A stretch of DNA of 48,840 nt, filler included, from Catajapyx aquilonaris (GCA_000934665.2; 3 parts of 3 records of this genome joined end to end with filler, not necessarily neighbours in it), one strand, 5' to 3'. Counted from the whole stretch's first letter, positions 25,011 to 37,368 are shown. A program made the numbers and translations. Notes: a model not told the origin generated them from the sequence alone.

Positions 25011-25100
25011 TAAACCCCTTCGCAACACCAGCTATACCCCCCATGGCCTAGATTTTCGCTTACACGTACTCTGAAGACAAGGACAATATATTTTACAAAT
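25011..25100 (+). mobile_element. Fragment of the piggyBac-type MITE family seen at 5057
   Basis: aaccccttcgc...ccagctatac...cctagattttcgcttacacgtactctgaaga matches the 5057-5310 repeat unit. Confidence 0.6.
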
Positions 25101-25455
25101 AGAGTAAAACTTCTATAAGTCGAGCCTCCCTAAGTCAAAGTTCTCTATAAGTCGAAGAAAATTATGAGCTTGGTTGGTCACAATGTAAAATAATAGGAAA
25201 TGAACTTCCCTAACTCGAATTTCAATAACACGGAGTTCTCCATAACTCGAAGTGCTGGCAGGGCCTTACGATGGGATTTCAATGGATTTTCAGTCTCCCT
25301 AAGTCGAAGTTCATGTTGGCGAGCATGGAAAATTTTCCTATTTCCCAGCTGAAGGTCGAGAGTAGGCCACAGCATGTACAGAATAAGGTATGATGTACAC
25401 GTTAATGAGCCCATGCTGTGTGAGTAATTCCATGGCAAGAGAGAGTGTCACCCAC

Positions 25456-25649
25456 CTTTTGTTCTCCTGAAGGTGCAACTTGAGGCTCCATTGGTCTGTC
25501 AGTCGGCAACCCCTTTGGCTTTCTGTAACTCCTTAAGAATCTCTTGACTCGAGCCTGCTCCTCTACGTCCACCTCTTCTTTCACAGGTACTGCCAAGGGC
25601 AGCTCACCATTTCTCACATTCTCTTCTCTCTGTGTGTCCACGTCCAACC
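25456..25649 (-). CDS. Probable internal exon of ZNF gene A (acidic linker, VKEE motif)
   Basis: Acceptor tctcctgcag|GG; donor AAAAG|gtgggt in phase 0, matching the finger exon; LDVDTQREENV...PVKEEVDVEE. Confidence 0.65.
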
Positions 25650-25767
25650 CTGCAGGAGACTGAAATTACAAGTGAAGTTAGGTATTTGGTACATGGCCGA
25701 ATTCTTACTCTTGCAGATCCAAAGTACCTTACTGCAGCCATATGTTTAAGAATGACTGACCAGTGTA

Positions 25768-26171
25768 CAGTGCTGGACAAATTAGCCGTCGCTGAATGTT
25801 TTTTTTCGGCGGCGACGGCAGCGGCGTTACCTGGCAACCCCGTCTGGCGGGCCAATTCAAACACCAGCACATGGAGAGCGCTTCCATTGTTGCCACTGTT
25901 TACAAATCGAGTGAGTGACGCGGACGACCCAGCGACGGGTCTCTTCTGCCTGATCACACAGTATCTGCAGGGATACGCAGAAGAAAACGGGGAAAATAAT
26001 GATGTTAGAAGCAATAAGTCATTTTGGGGTCACTCACTCGATTTGTAAACAGTGGTAACAATGGAAGCGCTCTCCATGGGCTGATGTTTAAACTGGCCCG
26101 CCGGATGGGGTTGCCAGGTAACGCCGCCGCCGAAAAAAAACATTCAGCGACAGCTAATTTGTCCAGCACTG
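25768..26171. mobile_element. Tc1/mariner-type MITE (~150-bp TIRs, TA TSD)
   Basis: TA-cagtgctggacaaattagc...acaaatcgagtgagtgac / gtcactcactcgatttgt...gctaatttgtccagcactg-TA. Confidence 0.88.
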
Positions 26172-26365
26172 TACTGTTATGGGGCTTTTGACACAGTTGT
26201 CTAGAATAAAATGGGATTCTCCAGCACTAAAAACAAGCCAAAGAAAACCAGTTTTCACCCACGTGTAAATTCCCTACAGCAGGTTCTGAGACTCAAATAA
26301 AACTATGAACCCACTGCTGGAATGCTGTTTGACTTGACATGATACATGCTCGGTGGTTTTCTCAC

Positions 26366-26602
26366 CTGGGCATGCGCGCCTCTTCCACTTGCATCACCTT
26401 CCTCCTCCTCCTCCTTGTTGAATCGAATGGTGACCTCCACCTGACCCCTACCAGTGAGCAGTCCTTCCTCCCCGTCCTGCAGCTCCCTCTTGACCTCATC
26501 CCACTTGGAGTGGGTGAAGCTGTGCCCCAGGAGGAGGCACCTCCTGTCGAACACCTGGTCGCAGTAGAGGCAGGGGAAGGTCCCCGTGGCCATCCAGTCC
26601 AT
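26366..26602 (-). CDS. Probable first coding exon of ZNF gene A with one N-terminal C2H2 finger
   Basis: MDWMATGTFPCLYCDQVFDRRCLLLGHSFTH then VKRE/KEEEE; upstream acceptor ttctctatag. Donor uncertain: the best GTGAG site is phase 0 but the next exon needs phase 1. Confidence 0.55.
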
Positions 26603-28567
26603 CTCTGCCTAATGTTAGCGGTGCTGGCTTTGCCAGGGTAACTATAGAGAAGAGGGCTTGCCGTTATTCACTTAGTCAGGAACCAGATGCTCCCTGATGT
26701 GCCCTGACATGGCCAGCAGCCTCAGCCTGATGGGACTGCAGCTGCCTCCTTGGGGCGAATCGAACCCACCTTTATTCCCAACAACCGATGAGTCCCACCG
26801 ACTGACCACCTTCCTCCATCAGTCCAACCGTGTGGTTCTGCCCCCTCCCCTCCTTTCTTCCCCCACCTTCCTTCCCGAGTGTGTGGCTCAGAAGCGAGCA
26901 GAGCAGAGCAGAGCAGGCACCATCCGCCCTCGAAGGAAGAAGAAGTCAAAGGGAAAGGAAGAGTCGGGAGAAGATGAGAGGAAAGAAAGAAAGAGACGCC
27001 ATCTTGGAAGCCACCTGCTTCATAATAACGAAGGGAACGGAACGGTGCATTCGGGCGGATGGAGACATGAACAGTGCGGTCCATGTCAGAATGCAGGGAA
27101 CGACAATTAATTTTACAGCAAATATCATAGCAGACGTTCAAGTCTTACTTTCATAAAATTGATGCGGCATGTTTTAAATTAAATATTGTCATTCCATGAG
27201 GTTGGTGGATAAAGAGGGTTTCGTGACTGGTTACAAGAAGGGTCGAAAGACGGCGGGACTGGCAGTGTGGCCAAACGTCTCCCCACAGCCAAGAGCCAAC
27301 ATGTGAGCAAGACCTGCAGGTGGTGTCTGGTGAAGAAGATGTGCCCACCTTGCTCCATGCTCTGGAAGCTGACAGCAAAGTGATCAGCATCTCAGACTGC
27401 GAAGGAGAAGCCTTTGAGGCTTTGATTCGAGCAGAACTGCCCCCAGCTGCCACCCTGAAGGAAAGCTGTACCTTGATTGTGGATTCAGCAATTTGGGGCT
27501 TCCACAAATACTAGCTGGATCTCCCGCAGAAACTTTCGAATATTTGGAATGAAATAAATAAAAATAAATTAAATAAAAATTTAGCGTAAATGTTTCAATT
27601 TAATACTCAGGTCTAGAAGGATATTTATTTTCATGGCAGCAACATGCACACAAAACAGTACACTGGAGGCGTTGACTCGTCAATAAGTGAGCAGATTTTA
27701 GGGCCTATATCAGCGGTATTGCTCGCCATCTGATTCAATAGCCACAACGGGGCCTATGAATAATAGAAAAATCATTAGGATGAGTTAATAGAGATGTGCA
27801 AAGAAGCGCCGGAAGAAGCGCCAGCACTTTCTCCGGACAATGCAAAAAACCGCGTGTCCGTATCTCTAACAGTGCGCCAGGATTCGTCGAACGAAGACGA
27901 GTCAGCGCACCCGATTTTGGCTAGCTGCTGCCAAGAAAATGGCGGGATACGTAGTGACCCGGTCCTCTTAATCAATGTGCGCTTCTGGGGGCCCTTCCTT
28001 ACTCTCGCTTGGTTTGTCCATGACGGAAAGCACGCCGTCTGAGCAGGAATGGCCCGTGAAATCACTGCTGTCATGTGTTGGTTCCGGGGATGGCCTTGCT
28101 GCAGAAGGTCATCCTTCAGGTCATCTGTATGGTGTCTTCCTCCGGGTAAACCCTCATCGTCGGGCGGCTCCGGACGGTTTTCCGGACGTCAACAATACGC
28201 ACCAAAAGTATGTGTGTAGGCACGACACCTACACGCGAACTCGCACTTGGGAGGACATAGTTATTCCCCACTTAACACTCGGAAAATGGTGATTGCATCA
28301 CCAACACTACGATACATGACAATGGTCACTACGACCACCCCAACCACTGATTCTGACTGATTGCAGTTGCAAAGTTTTCCGGCTCAAAACCGGAGCTCGA
28401 TAAGATCACATCTTATTATTCTGATCAGGGTGCCCACCAACTGCCTCGTACCATCCCTCTTTCTCGGCTGACCAGACTTGGCTGTCACCCGAATGATCCC
28501 ATTGGCTACTCAAATGCATAAAACCTGACCTCTGACTGGTCAGGTAGACAGAGATTATTGTCTCTAT

Positions 28568-28725
28568 GGGCGGGTTGCACCGGCTCCCGGCATTTGTCGG
28601 CCCGAAAAAGAGCCAGGATAGTTTGGTATTTCATTGTTGTCAACAATTCTGTCAACAATGAATAACACGCTATCCTGGCTCTTTTTCGGGCCGACAAATT
28701 TTCCTAGAGCCAGTGCAACTCGCCC
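28568..28725. mobile_element. Harbinger-type MITE, 3-bp (TAT) TSD
   Basis: gggcgggttgcaccggctc...tttgtcggcccgaaaaagagccaggatag / ctatcctggctctttttcgggccgacaaa...gagccagtgcaactcgccc. Confidence 0.75.
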
Positions 28726-29049
28726 TATGTAAAGAAAGCTCTAATTGTGGCTGCCCGAGAAAGATGGCGCTTGCATGGTAACAGCTTGGACGATCAGGAG
28801 AGCTGACCAGGCAGGAACAAAGTCTCCTTTCTTCACACCCAACCTACTCCAGTTCAGGTATGCATTGGGGGAGCTGGAAAAAGGCTCGGGTTCGAACCGC
28901 GACTAATTTGCTTACCCCGCAGAAGACGCGAGAAAAGGAGGCTGCAATACAGCCTTCCGTTCAAGGCCAATACATGCCCATGTTAAACGTTGACTGAAAT
29001 AATTAGGCGTAATTCCAGCTCCTGACACTCATCATTCCAGAAGTGAAAC

Positions 29050-32000
29050 AGCGTCTATGATACAATAAGAAAAGCTGGGGTCTTTCAACACATCAGGACT
29101 GGCTAATAATTATTAAGGATATAATGTTTTTTCATTAGCCAATATATTGATGGTATATGACGATGCAGAGCAATATCTAACTTGTAACATAATACAGTAC
29201 CTGTAAATATCTGTACCTGGACGTACCGGAGAAAAGAGCTGATCTGAAAATTGACGTGAAAAGATGCAGATTGCAGATTATTAAAAATGCGCTTGGAATG
29301 AAAGTGAAAGCTTCCAGGACCTATCAGACTCCTGTTTCTCTCTGCATACGTTTTCTACTCAATTTGAAGGCAACTGCACGTGATTTTTGCTGCTGCGAGA
29401 TATATTTCGAGACCCTAATTGCGATTTTGTCAACTTGCAAGCAATCACGTAACCAATTCCTATTTCATTCCATGGTTGCAGAAAAAGTTTTCATTGCTAA
29501 CAGTGAAGAACAAGATTAAGCTTACACACAAAAAAATAGCATCACAGCAGATATCATTTCAAGTTGTGTTGCTCTTACATATCTCTACATGATACCTCAT
29601 TTCGCATGTGCACAACCAGACAAATACACGTAATTTTAATTATCTATTTATTTTCATTTACCCTTAACACACATCAGTAACAGAAGTGTATACGTACATG
29701 TCTTGAAATGTAGAAAAACTGAGAAAAACTCTGCTACAAAAAAGGATAAAATCATTTCAAAATACATATCATGACCCCAGTAGAGCAATAGACACTGCAG
29801 GGTTGTCTGAAATGCTCACCCAGAACTTAAAAAAAACTACATGAAAATTACAGTATTCACTGGTATAAATGACAGTGTTCATGTACGTACTGTATAGAGT
29901 GAATAATTCAGTAGAAACCTGAGATACAAATCAATGAAATCTAACTCGATTTCATGCCATTCAGATGGTTTCTGCTTCCCCCAAATACTGTAAAATCTGC
30001 TGAAAAATGTTTTCCTTAATCAACTATTCACAGGCGCCCTCCCTGGCATGGAAAGACAGGCCACGCTTAGCAATCTTTATACAGCAGATGAGACAGCATG
30101 AGCGTTTATGCGATACTTCCGAGCATATTCTGAGAAAATCTTCATTGCCTATCTATCTACGTATCTCTGGGACATCTCCAGTGTAAATTAACAAGTGACA
30201 TTTATATTTGCCTGATGTGGTACGTACATTTCTCCAGGCAAATATGGCAACTCGGAGCTCTGTCTTCACATGTCCGAAGTAAAAACCATGCAAGTTTAAA
30301 AGAAGCTCCTTTACACTTGGCGAAACGGCCAAAATAATTATTTCTGGAAGGATATTTGGAAATGAGGCGGTGGCAGAAGAAAAAACAAATTTTTCTTTGG
30401 TCATGTGTGAAATAATTATAAATGAGGTAGTTTTGCCTATTTGCTGACTGCTTAGAACGTGACTTTTCAAATAACATGCTTCCCATGCTACACTCCCTGC
30501 CTGTGAAAACGCTTTCTGACACACATGGCAACTTACGACTTCTCACCTACAGTGTGAGTTCTCGTATGACGTTTCAAACTACTTGGCGTGTTCCAAGCTT
30601 TCTGACACACCCGACAGCTCTATGGTTTCTCCCCAGTGTGTGTATGCATGTGAATTTTTAGACCCCCTCCATGCGCAAATCCTTTCTGACACACATGGCA
30701 TTTAAATGGTTTCTCACCAGTATGCATTCGCATGTGAATTTTTAGACCCCCTCCCCGCGCAAACCCTTTTTGACACACGTGGCATTTAAATGGTCTCTCA
30801 CCAGTATGCATTCGCATGTGAACATTTAGATGCCCTGAGTGTGAAAACTTTTTCTGGCACACATGGCATTTAAATGGTTCTTCCCCAGTGTGACTTCGCA
30901 TGTGAAATGTTAGAGAAAGTGTATGTGAAAACCTTTTCTGACACACACAGCACGTAAATGGTTTCTCCCCAGTGTGTGTTCGCATGTGATATTTTAGATT
31001 ATGTGCATGTGAAAACTTTTTCAGACACACATAGCATTTATGTGGTTTCTCCCCAGTGTGTGTTCGCATGTGAGATTTTAGATGCCCTGCATGTAAAAAC
31101 ATTTTCTGACACACCTGGCATTTAAATGGTTTCTCCCCAGTGTGTGTTCGCATGTGAACTTTTAGATGCCCTGCCTGTGAAAACTTTTTCTGACACACCA
31201 GGCATTTAAATGGTTTCTCCCCAGTGTGTGTTCGCATGTGAACTTTTAGATTTCCTGACATCTTTTTCTGACAGACATGGCATTGAAATGGTTTCTCCCC
31301 GGTGTGACTTCCCATGTGAACTTTTAGATCCCATTCCTGTGAAAACTTTTTCAGACACACGTGGCATTTATGTGGTTTCTCCCCAGTGTGTCTTCGCATG
31401 TGAACATTTAGATGCGATACCTGTGCAAACTTTTTCTGACACACACGGCATTTATGTGGTTTCTCCCCAGTGTGAGTTCGCATGTGAACTTTTAGACTAA
31501 CTGCATGTGAAAACTTTTTCAGACACACCTGGCATTTATGTGGTTTCTCTCCAGTGTGTGTTCGCATGTGAACATTTAGATTCCCTGCCTGTGCAAACTT
31601 TTTCAGACACACCTGGCATTTATGTGGTTTCTCCCCAGTGTGTGTTCGCATGTGATCTTTTAGATGCCCTAAAATCTTCTTTTGACAGATATGGCATTTA
31701 AATGGTTTTTTCCCGGTGTGTGTTCGCATATGAACTTTCAATTGAGAAGCTTGCCGAAACTCCTTCTGGCAATGTCGCATCCAAACACCTGTTTAGTTCC
31801 TCTTGTCTTCCTGTAATCTTGCACTCGAGCCTGTTTCTTTGCATTTCTATCTCTTGTCTTCACTTTTTCTCCCTGAAAGATAAATTACATGTGATCCATC
31901 ACTTAATGTTTCACAAAATGGAAGGGGCCACTAAACCAACTTGAAGAGTGGAGATGATAAGGGTGCAAGTGCCATGTTTTCCAACCTTGAGAAAATGCCA

Positions 32001-32105
32001 TTTTTGTGTATCCTATCTACATCCTATCCTATCTAATCCGAAATTCCATTTTCTTGGTGAACATGACCGCCGCAAATACAGCATACAATCAAGGCACATG
32101 GCCAT
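29050..32105. repeat. Segmental duplication copy B (paralogous to ~20231-23765)
   Basis: Collinear with copy A apart from a small insertion at ~29080-29150 and a different finger number. Confidence 0.9.
30620..31872 (-). pseudogene. C2H2 zinc-finger paralogue B terminal exon (14 fingers) with a 1-nt frameshift in finger 1; pseudogene or assembly error
   Basis: Same acceptor and leader as copy A (GEKVKTRDRNAKKQARVQD). B reads GACATTGCC where A reads GACATTTGCC (31771), giving an early TGA; the remaining 13 fingers are open (ORF 30620-31780). Confidence 0.75.
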
Positions 32106-32250
32106 ATTGCCCATATAGTGGAAGCGGTAAGGGTCATATTTCGGTAAAACCTGGCATTTGATGATGAAAGTGTGCCACTTGGCATGGTGCTTCCTAGGAC
32201 CACAAGGAATGATTCCGGAAGTGGAACCGGAAATTTCGTCCATTAGGATT

Positions 32251-32525
32251 CAAGATGGCGGCCAATAATGAAAATGGCCTCCATTGTTACAAAATCGGCA
32301 TTGTTCGCAGGAAATTGACCATTGAGGAGTCGATTCCTACCAATACGAAGTCGCTGAACACGATTCTAATGTCAGAATACAGTTTTAACACGCTTGAAAC
32401 CAATATGGCGGCCAATAATGGAAATGGCCTCCATTGTTACAAAATCTGAACCGTATTTTTCGCAGGAAATTGACGATTAATGAGTCCATTCCTAGCAATA
32501 CGAAGTCGCTGAACACGATTTTAGT
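32251..32525. repeat. ~150-bp tandem repeat with CAAGATGGCGGCC motif at contig end
   Basis: atggcggccaataatg(a/g)aaatggcctccattgttacaaaatc ... aatacgaagtcgctgaacacgatt occurs twice. Confidence 0.8.
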
Positions 32526-32625
32526 NNNNNNNNNNNNNNNNNNNNNNNNNNNNNNNNNNNNNNNNNNNNTTAATTAATTAANNNNNNNNNNNNNNNNNNN
32601 NNNNNNNNNNNNNNNNNNNNNNNNN
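32526..32625. other. Artificial contig-joining spacer
   Basis: 100 nt: N44-TTAATTAATTAA-N44. Confidence 0.97.
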
Positions 32626-33368
32626 AGGTCATCCATCAGATGCCGCGCCTGGTACGTTATGCGCCTTGCCGCAAAGACCAAGACTCGCTCGCGGTTCTTC
32701 CACTTAGGCTGTGGAAACAAAATTTAATAACAATTAAAAATATATATATTGTTATAACTCGAGTGTCCATCTGTCAACACTGTAATTGTTGCATGGACTA
32801 TCTCTTTGACTACTTTCGCATTCGTACGCTTTTGTATAATATTGTATGCTTTCGTATGTTTGTACATGCTGTACACTTTTGTATGTTTGTACGTTTTGTA
32901 CATATAGTACGCTATGTACGTTATGTAAGCTTTGTACGCCTTTGCACGTTGGTATGTTTTATATGCTTTTGTATGTTTGTACGTATGTTTCATATGCTTT
33001 TGTATGTTCGTACGTTTCGTACATTGCTTGTGCATATATGTACAGTACACCTGCGAGCATGAAGATGGAGACGGCAGGCCCGCACCTTCGGCAGGCTGCT
33101 CTGTCAATCTCAGCAATTACGGTATCAAATATACTGTCATAAATACACTCGGTCCAAAAAATAGTCAAGTAATTTGAGTCGGATAAAGAAAGGTCAAAAA
33201 AGGGCCTGCCGTCTCCATCTATGTTTTGTATGCTTTGTATGCTTTTGTATGTTGTAGGCTCACCTTCTTAGGAGCAGGATCATCCGAGGAACGAACAGTC
33301 GGCACAGATGGTTTGGGCTTCTGAACAGTCCCTTCAGGGTTTTCCCTCTGTCTTTTCTTACCCACCAT
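32626..33368 (-). CDS. BRIX1: Ribosome biogenesis protein BRX1, 5' part (exons 33368-33264 and 32708-32626, truncated by contig edge)
   Basis: MVGKKRQRENPEG...RSSDDPAPKK|PKWKNRERVLVFAARRITYQARHLMDD matches the Brx1 KWxNKxRVLxFxxRGIxxRxRHLMxD motif; donor AAG|gtgagc and acceptor ttccacag| both phase 0. The conserved second exon is missed by the ORF track. Confidence 0.88.
32820..33050. repeat. Low-complexity TGTATGTTTGTACG-type intronic repeat
   Basis: Seen directly; it generates several spurious ORFs. Confidence 0.8.
33063..33220. repeat. Short element with perfect 19-bp inverted ends in the BRX1 intron
   Basis: agatggagacggcaggccc / gggcctgccgtctccatct. Confidence 0.7.
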
Positions 33369-34201
33369 GGCTGAACAATAAGAAGGGGTGTTCTGCAGGT
33401 CTGAACCTAAATTCCGCCACCACCACACAAAATATGAACCTCATTAATTCCACACAGACGACAGAACATTTGAGCCACAGTTTCTTACGGTTTCTGAAGA
33501 CAATGAGCGCAACTAGAGCGATCAAAATAATATCAGTTGAGATCACCACGTGTGCTCAACGGGGAAAAAAATNCTTCTGACTCATCGTCCCGCGCGCGCC
33601 CTTCCCCCCAGAACTCCCCGCCTGCCTTCCCCGCCTTCCCCCACCGGTTGGGGCCCCGCCACGAGCATAGAAACTAGAGGGACAGAGAGCTAGGCGGTGG
33701 GCGGGGCGAATATGTCCCGATGGTTACCCAAAACCCCTCTGCTGTTACCCGCTCCTGGAAAAAAATTCGGCGGCCATGTTGGATTTATCCGGAAACTTCA
33801 GAAATTGGCCGGCAGATGGCAGCCTAGTCACAAAGCGTTACAAATCACTGCGATTTGTGCCCTCAGTTCCATCCGCTGTTAGTGCCGTCCCGCAGCTATT
33901 CGGACGCAGCTTTAAAAGCGTCATGCGCAGCAGCCTAATCGGACGCGGCCTTTGTTTCTCATGTAGTTGTCGCACGATTCATCGTTAATTTTCCTAGTTA
34001 ATTACAGGTCCAATTAGTGCGATTTTGCACTCGGCTTGTTCGCAACCAAGTGCATCACCCGACGGCAGCACCGCACGGGCTGCAGACTCGGAGAATTCGC
34101 GACACTCCGCATTCAAATAAGATCTTCATGTGACACACACATTGCCCTGTACAATAATATTACTCTAATTAAAGTTAAGTTCAATTACCAGGCCATAAAG
34201 T

Positions 34202-37200
34202 ATGAAAGGCTCAGCGCTGGGAAACGAGGAAGAAAACGACGGAGGTATGTGCCACACATTGCGTCACTTTCATTAATTGTAGAATATACAACTATAATAC
34301 AACCGCAATACAATGTAACGTAACTGAAAGAAATGAAACAATGGGATTGATATAACTATACTGTAATTATGGCTAATATCACTTATAATGTAACTAACAT
34401 CATGTAACTATAAAATAACTAGCATAAGCTCTTGGCATAATGTAATATACAACTATAATGTGACTATGTAACTATTATATCATGCAACTATATGTAACTA
34501 TTATATCATGCAACTATATGTAACTATTATATCATGCAACTATATGTAACTATTATATCATGTAACTAAAATAACTATTATATTATGCAACTATATGTAA
34601 CCGTTATATCATGTAACTAAAATAACTATTATATCATGCAGCTATTATATGTAACTAAAATAACTATTATATCATGCAACTATTATATATAACTAAAATA
34701 ACTATTATATCATGCAACTATTATATATAACTAAAATAACTATTATATCATGCAGCTATTATATGTAACTAAAATAACCATTATATCATGCAACTATTAT
34801 ATATAACTAAAATAACTATTATATCATGCAACTATTATATATAACTAAAATAACTATTATATCATGCAACTATTATATATAACTAAAATAACTATTATAT
34901 CATGCAACTATTATATATAACTGGAATAACTATTACATCATGCAACTATTATATATAACTGGAATAACTATTATATCATGCAACTAAACTGTTATAACAT
35001 GCACCTATTATATGTAACTCAAATAACTATTAATATGAAATTTAATATAAGATAGATTTTATTTTATCTGACAGTGTGCACTGGGCATATGACCCTGTAA
35101 CGTGTGATTATATTATATTGTAGGTCGTGAGAATCATGAGACTGGTCGGCAGCGGAAGTCCAGCACCTCCAGCAATTCCAGTTCCAGCTCCAGCACCAGC
35201 GGAAGCGGGAGTTCAAGCAGCTCGGGATCGGAGAGCGAAGCGGAGGGAGGAGGTGGAGGAGGCGGGGAAGAGCGGCCGACTGAGCCTCAGGTGGTGCCGA
35301 CGGTTGAAGGGGCTCGCAGTCCGACCCCTCAGAGCCCCCCTCCCCACAGCACGATGCCTCGCAGCCCCACTCCAACCAAGGACGACCACTCGGACGATGA
35401 GCATTCGGACGCCAAGGCAGAGAGCGACAAGTCAGACAATTCAGACAATGAAGGAAGGCTGAGCATCGCCGCTGATGGCTCTGGTAATAAAACCACTCGT
35501 GTAACTCACAATGGGTCGACCCACTGCCAACACTGGTACTGCTAAGTTAGCAGTGAGTCGAAAAATTCCATGTAATGTTTTGTAAGGTACAGCGAGCTTA
35601 ACTGTTGCAGATGCCGAGAATGATACGTCGACCCGAAAGAGCCAGCAGAGCGACGACGACCAGAAAAGTGACGACGACCAGAAAAGCGACGCAGGCAGCA
35701 CCAAACCTAGCAAAAAGACGCCAATGAGCGACGACGAAGATGCCGCCAGGTAGAGGCCAACACTTCAAATTTAACAGCCGATACACTAACGACCCTTGCA
35801 TTTGCAGGAAGCGTCCTCACACTTCAGGCAGTGACGAGGACTCGGAAGGCGGCAAGAAGCCGGAAAAGAAGAAGCAAAAGGCCATAGTCGACAGTGACGA
35901 AGACGACGACGATGAAAATAAAGGTGGTTATGCAATCGATGCGCTGGAGACTTGTTGCCATGCTTTTAACTTTTTAAACATTTCGTAGCAACTGCGGCGG
36001 AGCTGTTTGGCGATGCGGACGACATAAGTTCAGACGAGGAAGGCGGTAAGAAAAGGGAGCGAGCAAAGGAGAAGAAGGAGAGCGAAAACGAGGAGAACGA
36101 TGCCGATGAGGATCGCAGTAGCGTTAAAAGCCCGACGGAAAAGACGACTGACAGTGTGAAGGAAGCCGCGATTGAAGACGAAGGTTCTCGAGATGCTGAA
36201 GCGAATGAGCAGGCTGCGGAAGAGGACGGCGCTGTGGGAGAAACGAGGGAAGCGGAAGTTGAGGAGGCGGAGAAGGAAGAGGAACCGCCGCCGGAGACCC
36301 GGATTGATGTTGAGATCCCGAAGATCAAGACAGATCTCGGGAAGGAGCTGCATTTCGTCAAGCTTCCGAACTTTCTGTCGGTTGAGACCCGTCCGTTTGA
36401 TCCCGATACGTACGAAGATGAGATAGACGAGGAGGAGACGCTAGATGAGGAAGGACGAGCCAGACTGAAACTCAAAGTCGAAAACACGATCAGGTAATGT
36501 GAACATCGCCATCCCAATTGTACCGATTGTAAACTGTTGTTTCCGCAGGTGGAGGACCACTTTCGATCGTGACGGGAACGCAGTCCGTGAGAGCAACGCC
36601 CGGATGGTCCGCTGGTCCGACGGCAGCCTCTCGCTTCATTTAGGCGACGAGATATTCGACGTGTACAAGCAACCACTGCAGGGCGACCATAACCATCTGT
36701 TCATTCGGCAGGGGACAGGTCTGCAGGGCCAGGCACTATTCAAGACGAAGCTGACATTCCGACCACATTCGACCGAGTCGTTCACTCACAGGAAGATGAC
36801 ACTGTCTCTAGCGGACAGATCGCAAAAGACGACAGGAATTAAGGTGTTGACGCAAGTCGGAAAGGATCCGGAAGCTCACCGAGGCGAGATGATTAAGGTA
36901 ATCGCGTATGTCCTATTTGTATGAAACGTAGTAACATAAATTGATCCGCAGAAAGAGGAGGACCGCTTGCGTGCCTCACTCCGCCGCGAGTCGAAGCAGA
37001 AGCGTGTACGTGAGCGAACACTAAGCCGTGGAATGAACGCCAGCTACTTGGACGCCGATCGATACCAAGACGACGATTTGTCCGACGACGACAATGCGAT
37101 CTCGTTAGCCGCTATCAAGAATAAGTACAAGAAGGGCGGGGCTAGAGATTACCGTCCGCCTATCTACTCGTCCGATGAAGAAGGTTCGGACATTGAAGCC

Positions 37201-37368
37201 CGTCATAGTCACCGGCTGGAGAGGGCGAAAGTGCTGGATGAATCGGACGAGGAATCTGGAGGTGCTGCAGGCGGAGAGGAAGATGCTGGAGGAGCCGAGG
37301 AAGGTGCGGAAGAGAACGAAGGTGCGGCGGAAGAAGGCGAGGAAGAGGAGAAAGAAGACGACGAATAG
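34202..37368 (+). CDS. LEO1: RNA polymerase-associated protein LEO1 (PAF1 complex); exons 34202-34244, 35124-35483, 35611-35749, 35808-35923, 35989-36493, 36549-36897, 36952-37368; ~642 aa
   Basis: [84 protein letters not shown]; all GT-AG junctions keep frame; N-terminal exons less certain. Confidence 0.93.
34440..35030. repeat. AT-rich minisatellite (~23-37-bp units) in LEO1 intron 1
   Basis: taactattatatcatgcaactattatatataactaaaa repeated many times. Confidence 0.9.

Noticed and set aside
27151..28292. ORFs 27320-27514 and 27975-28292 (faint chromodomain-like EWPVKSLL)
   Set aside because: No further motif support and no splice structure; probably TE debris that I cannot classify.
32640..33177. 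Cluster of overlapping hydrophobic or Tyr/Lys-rich ORFs
   Set aside because: They arise from a low-complexity repeat in the BRX1 intron.
35966..36676. 236-aa Ser-rich minus-strand ORF
   Set aside because: Antisense shadow of acidic LEO1 exons.
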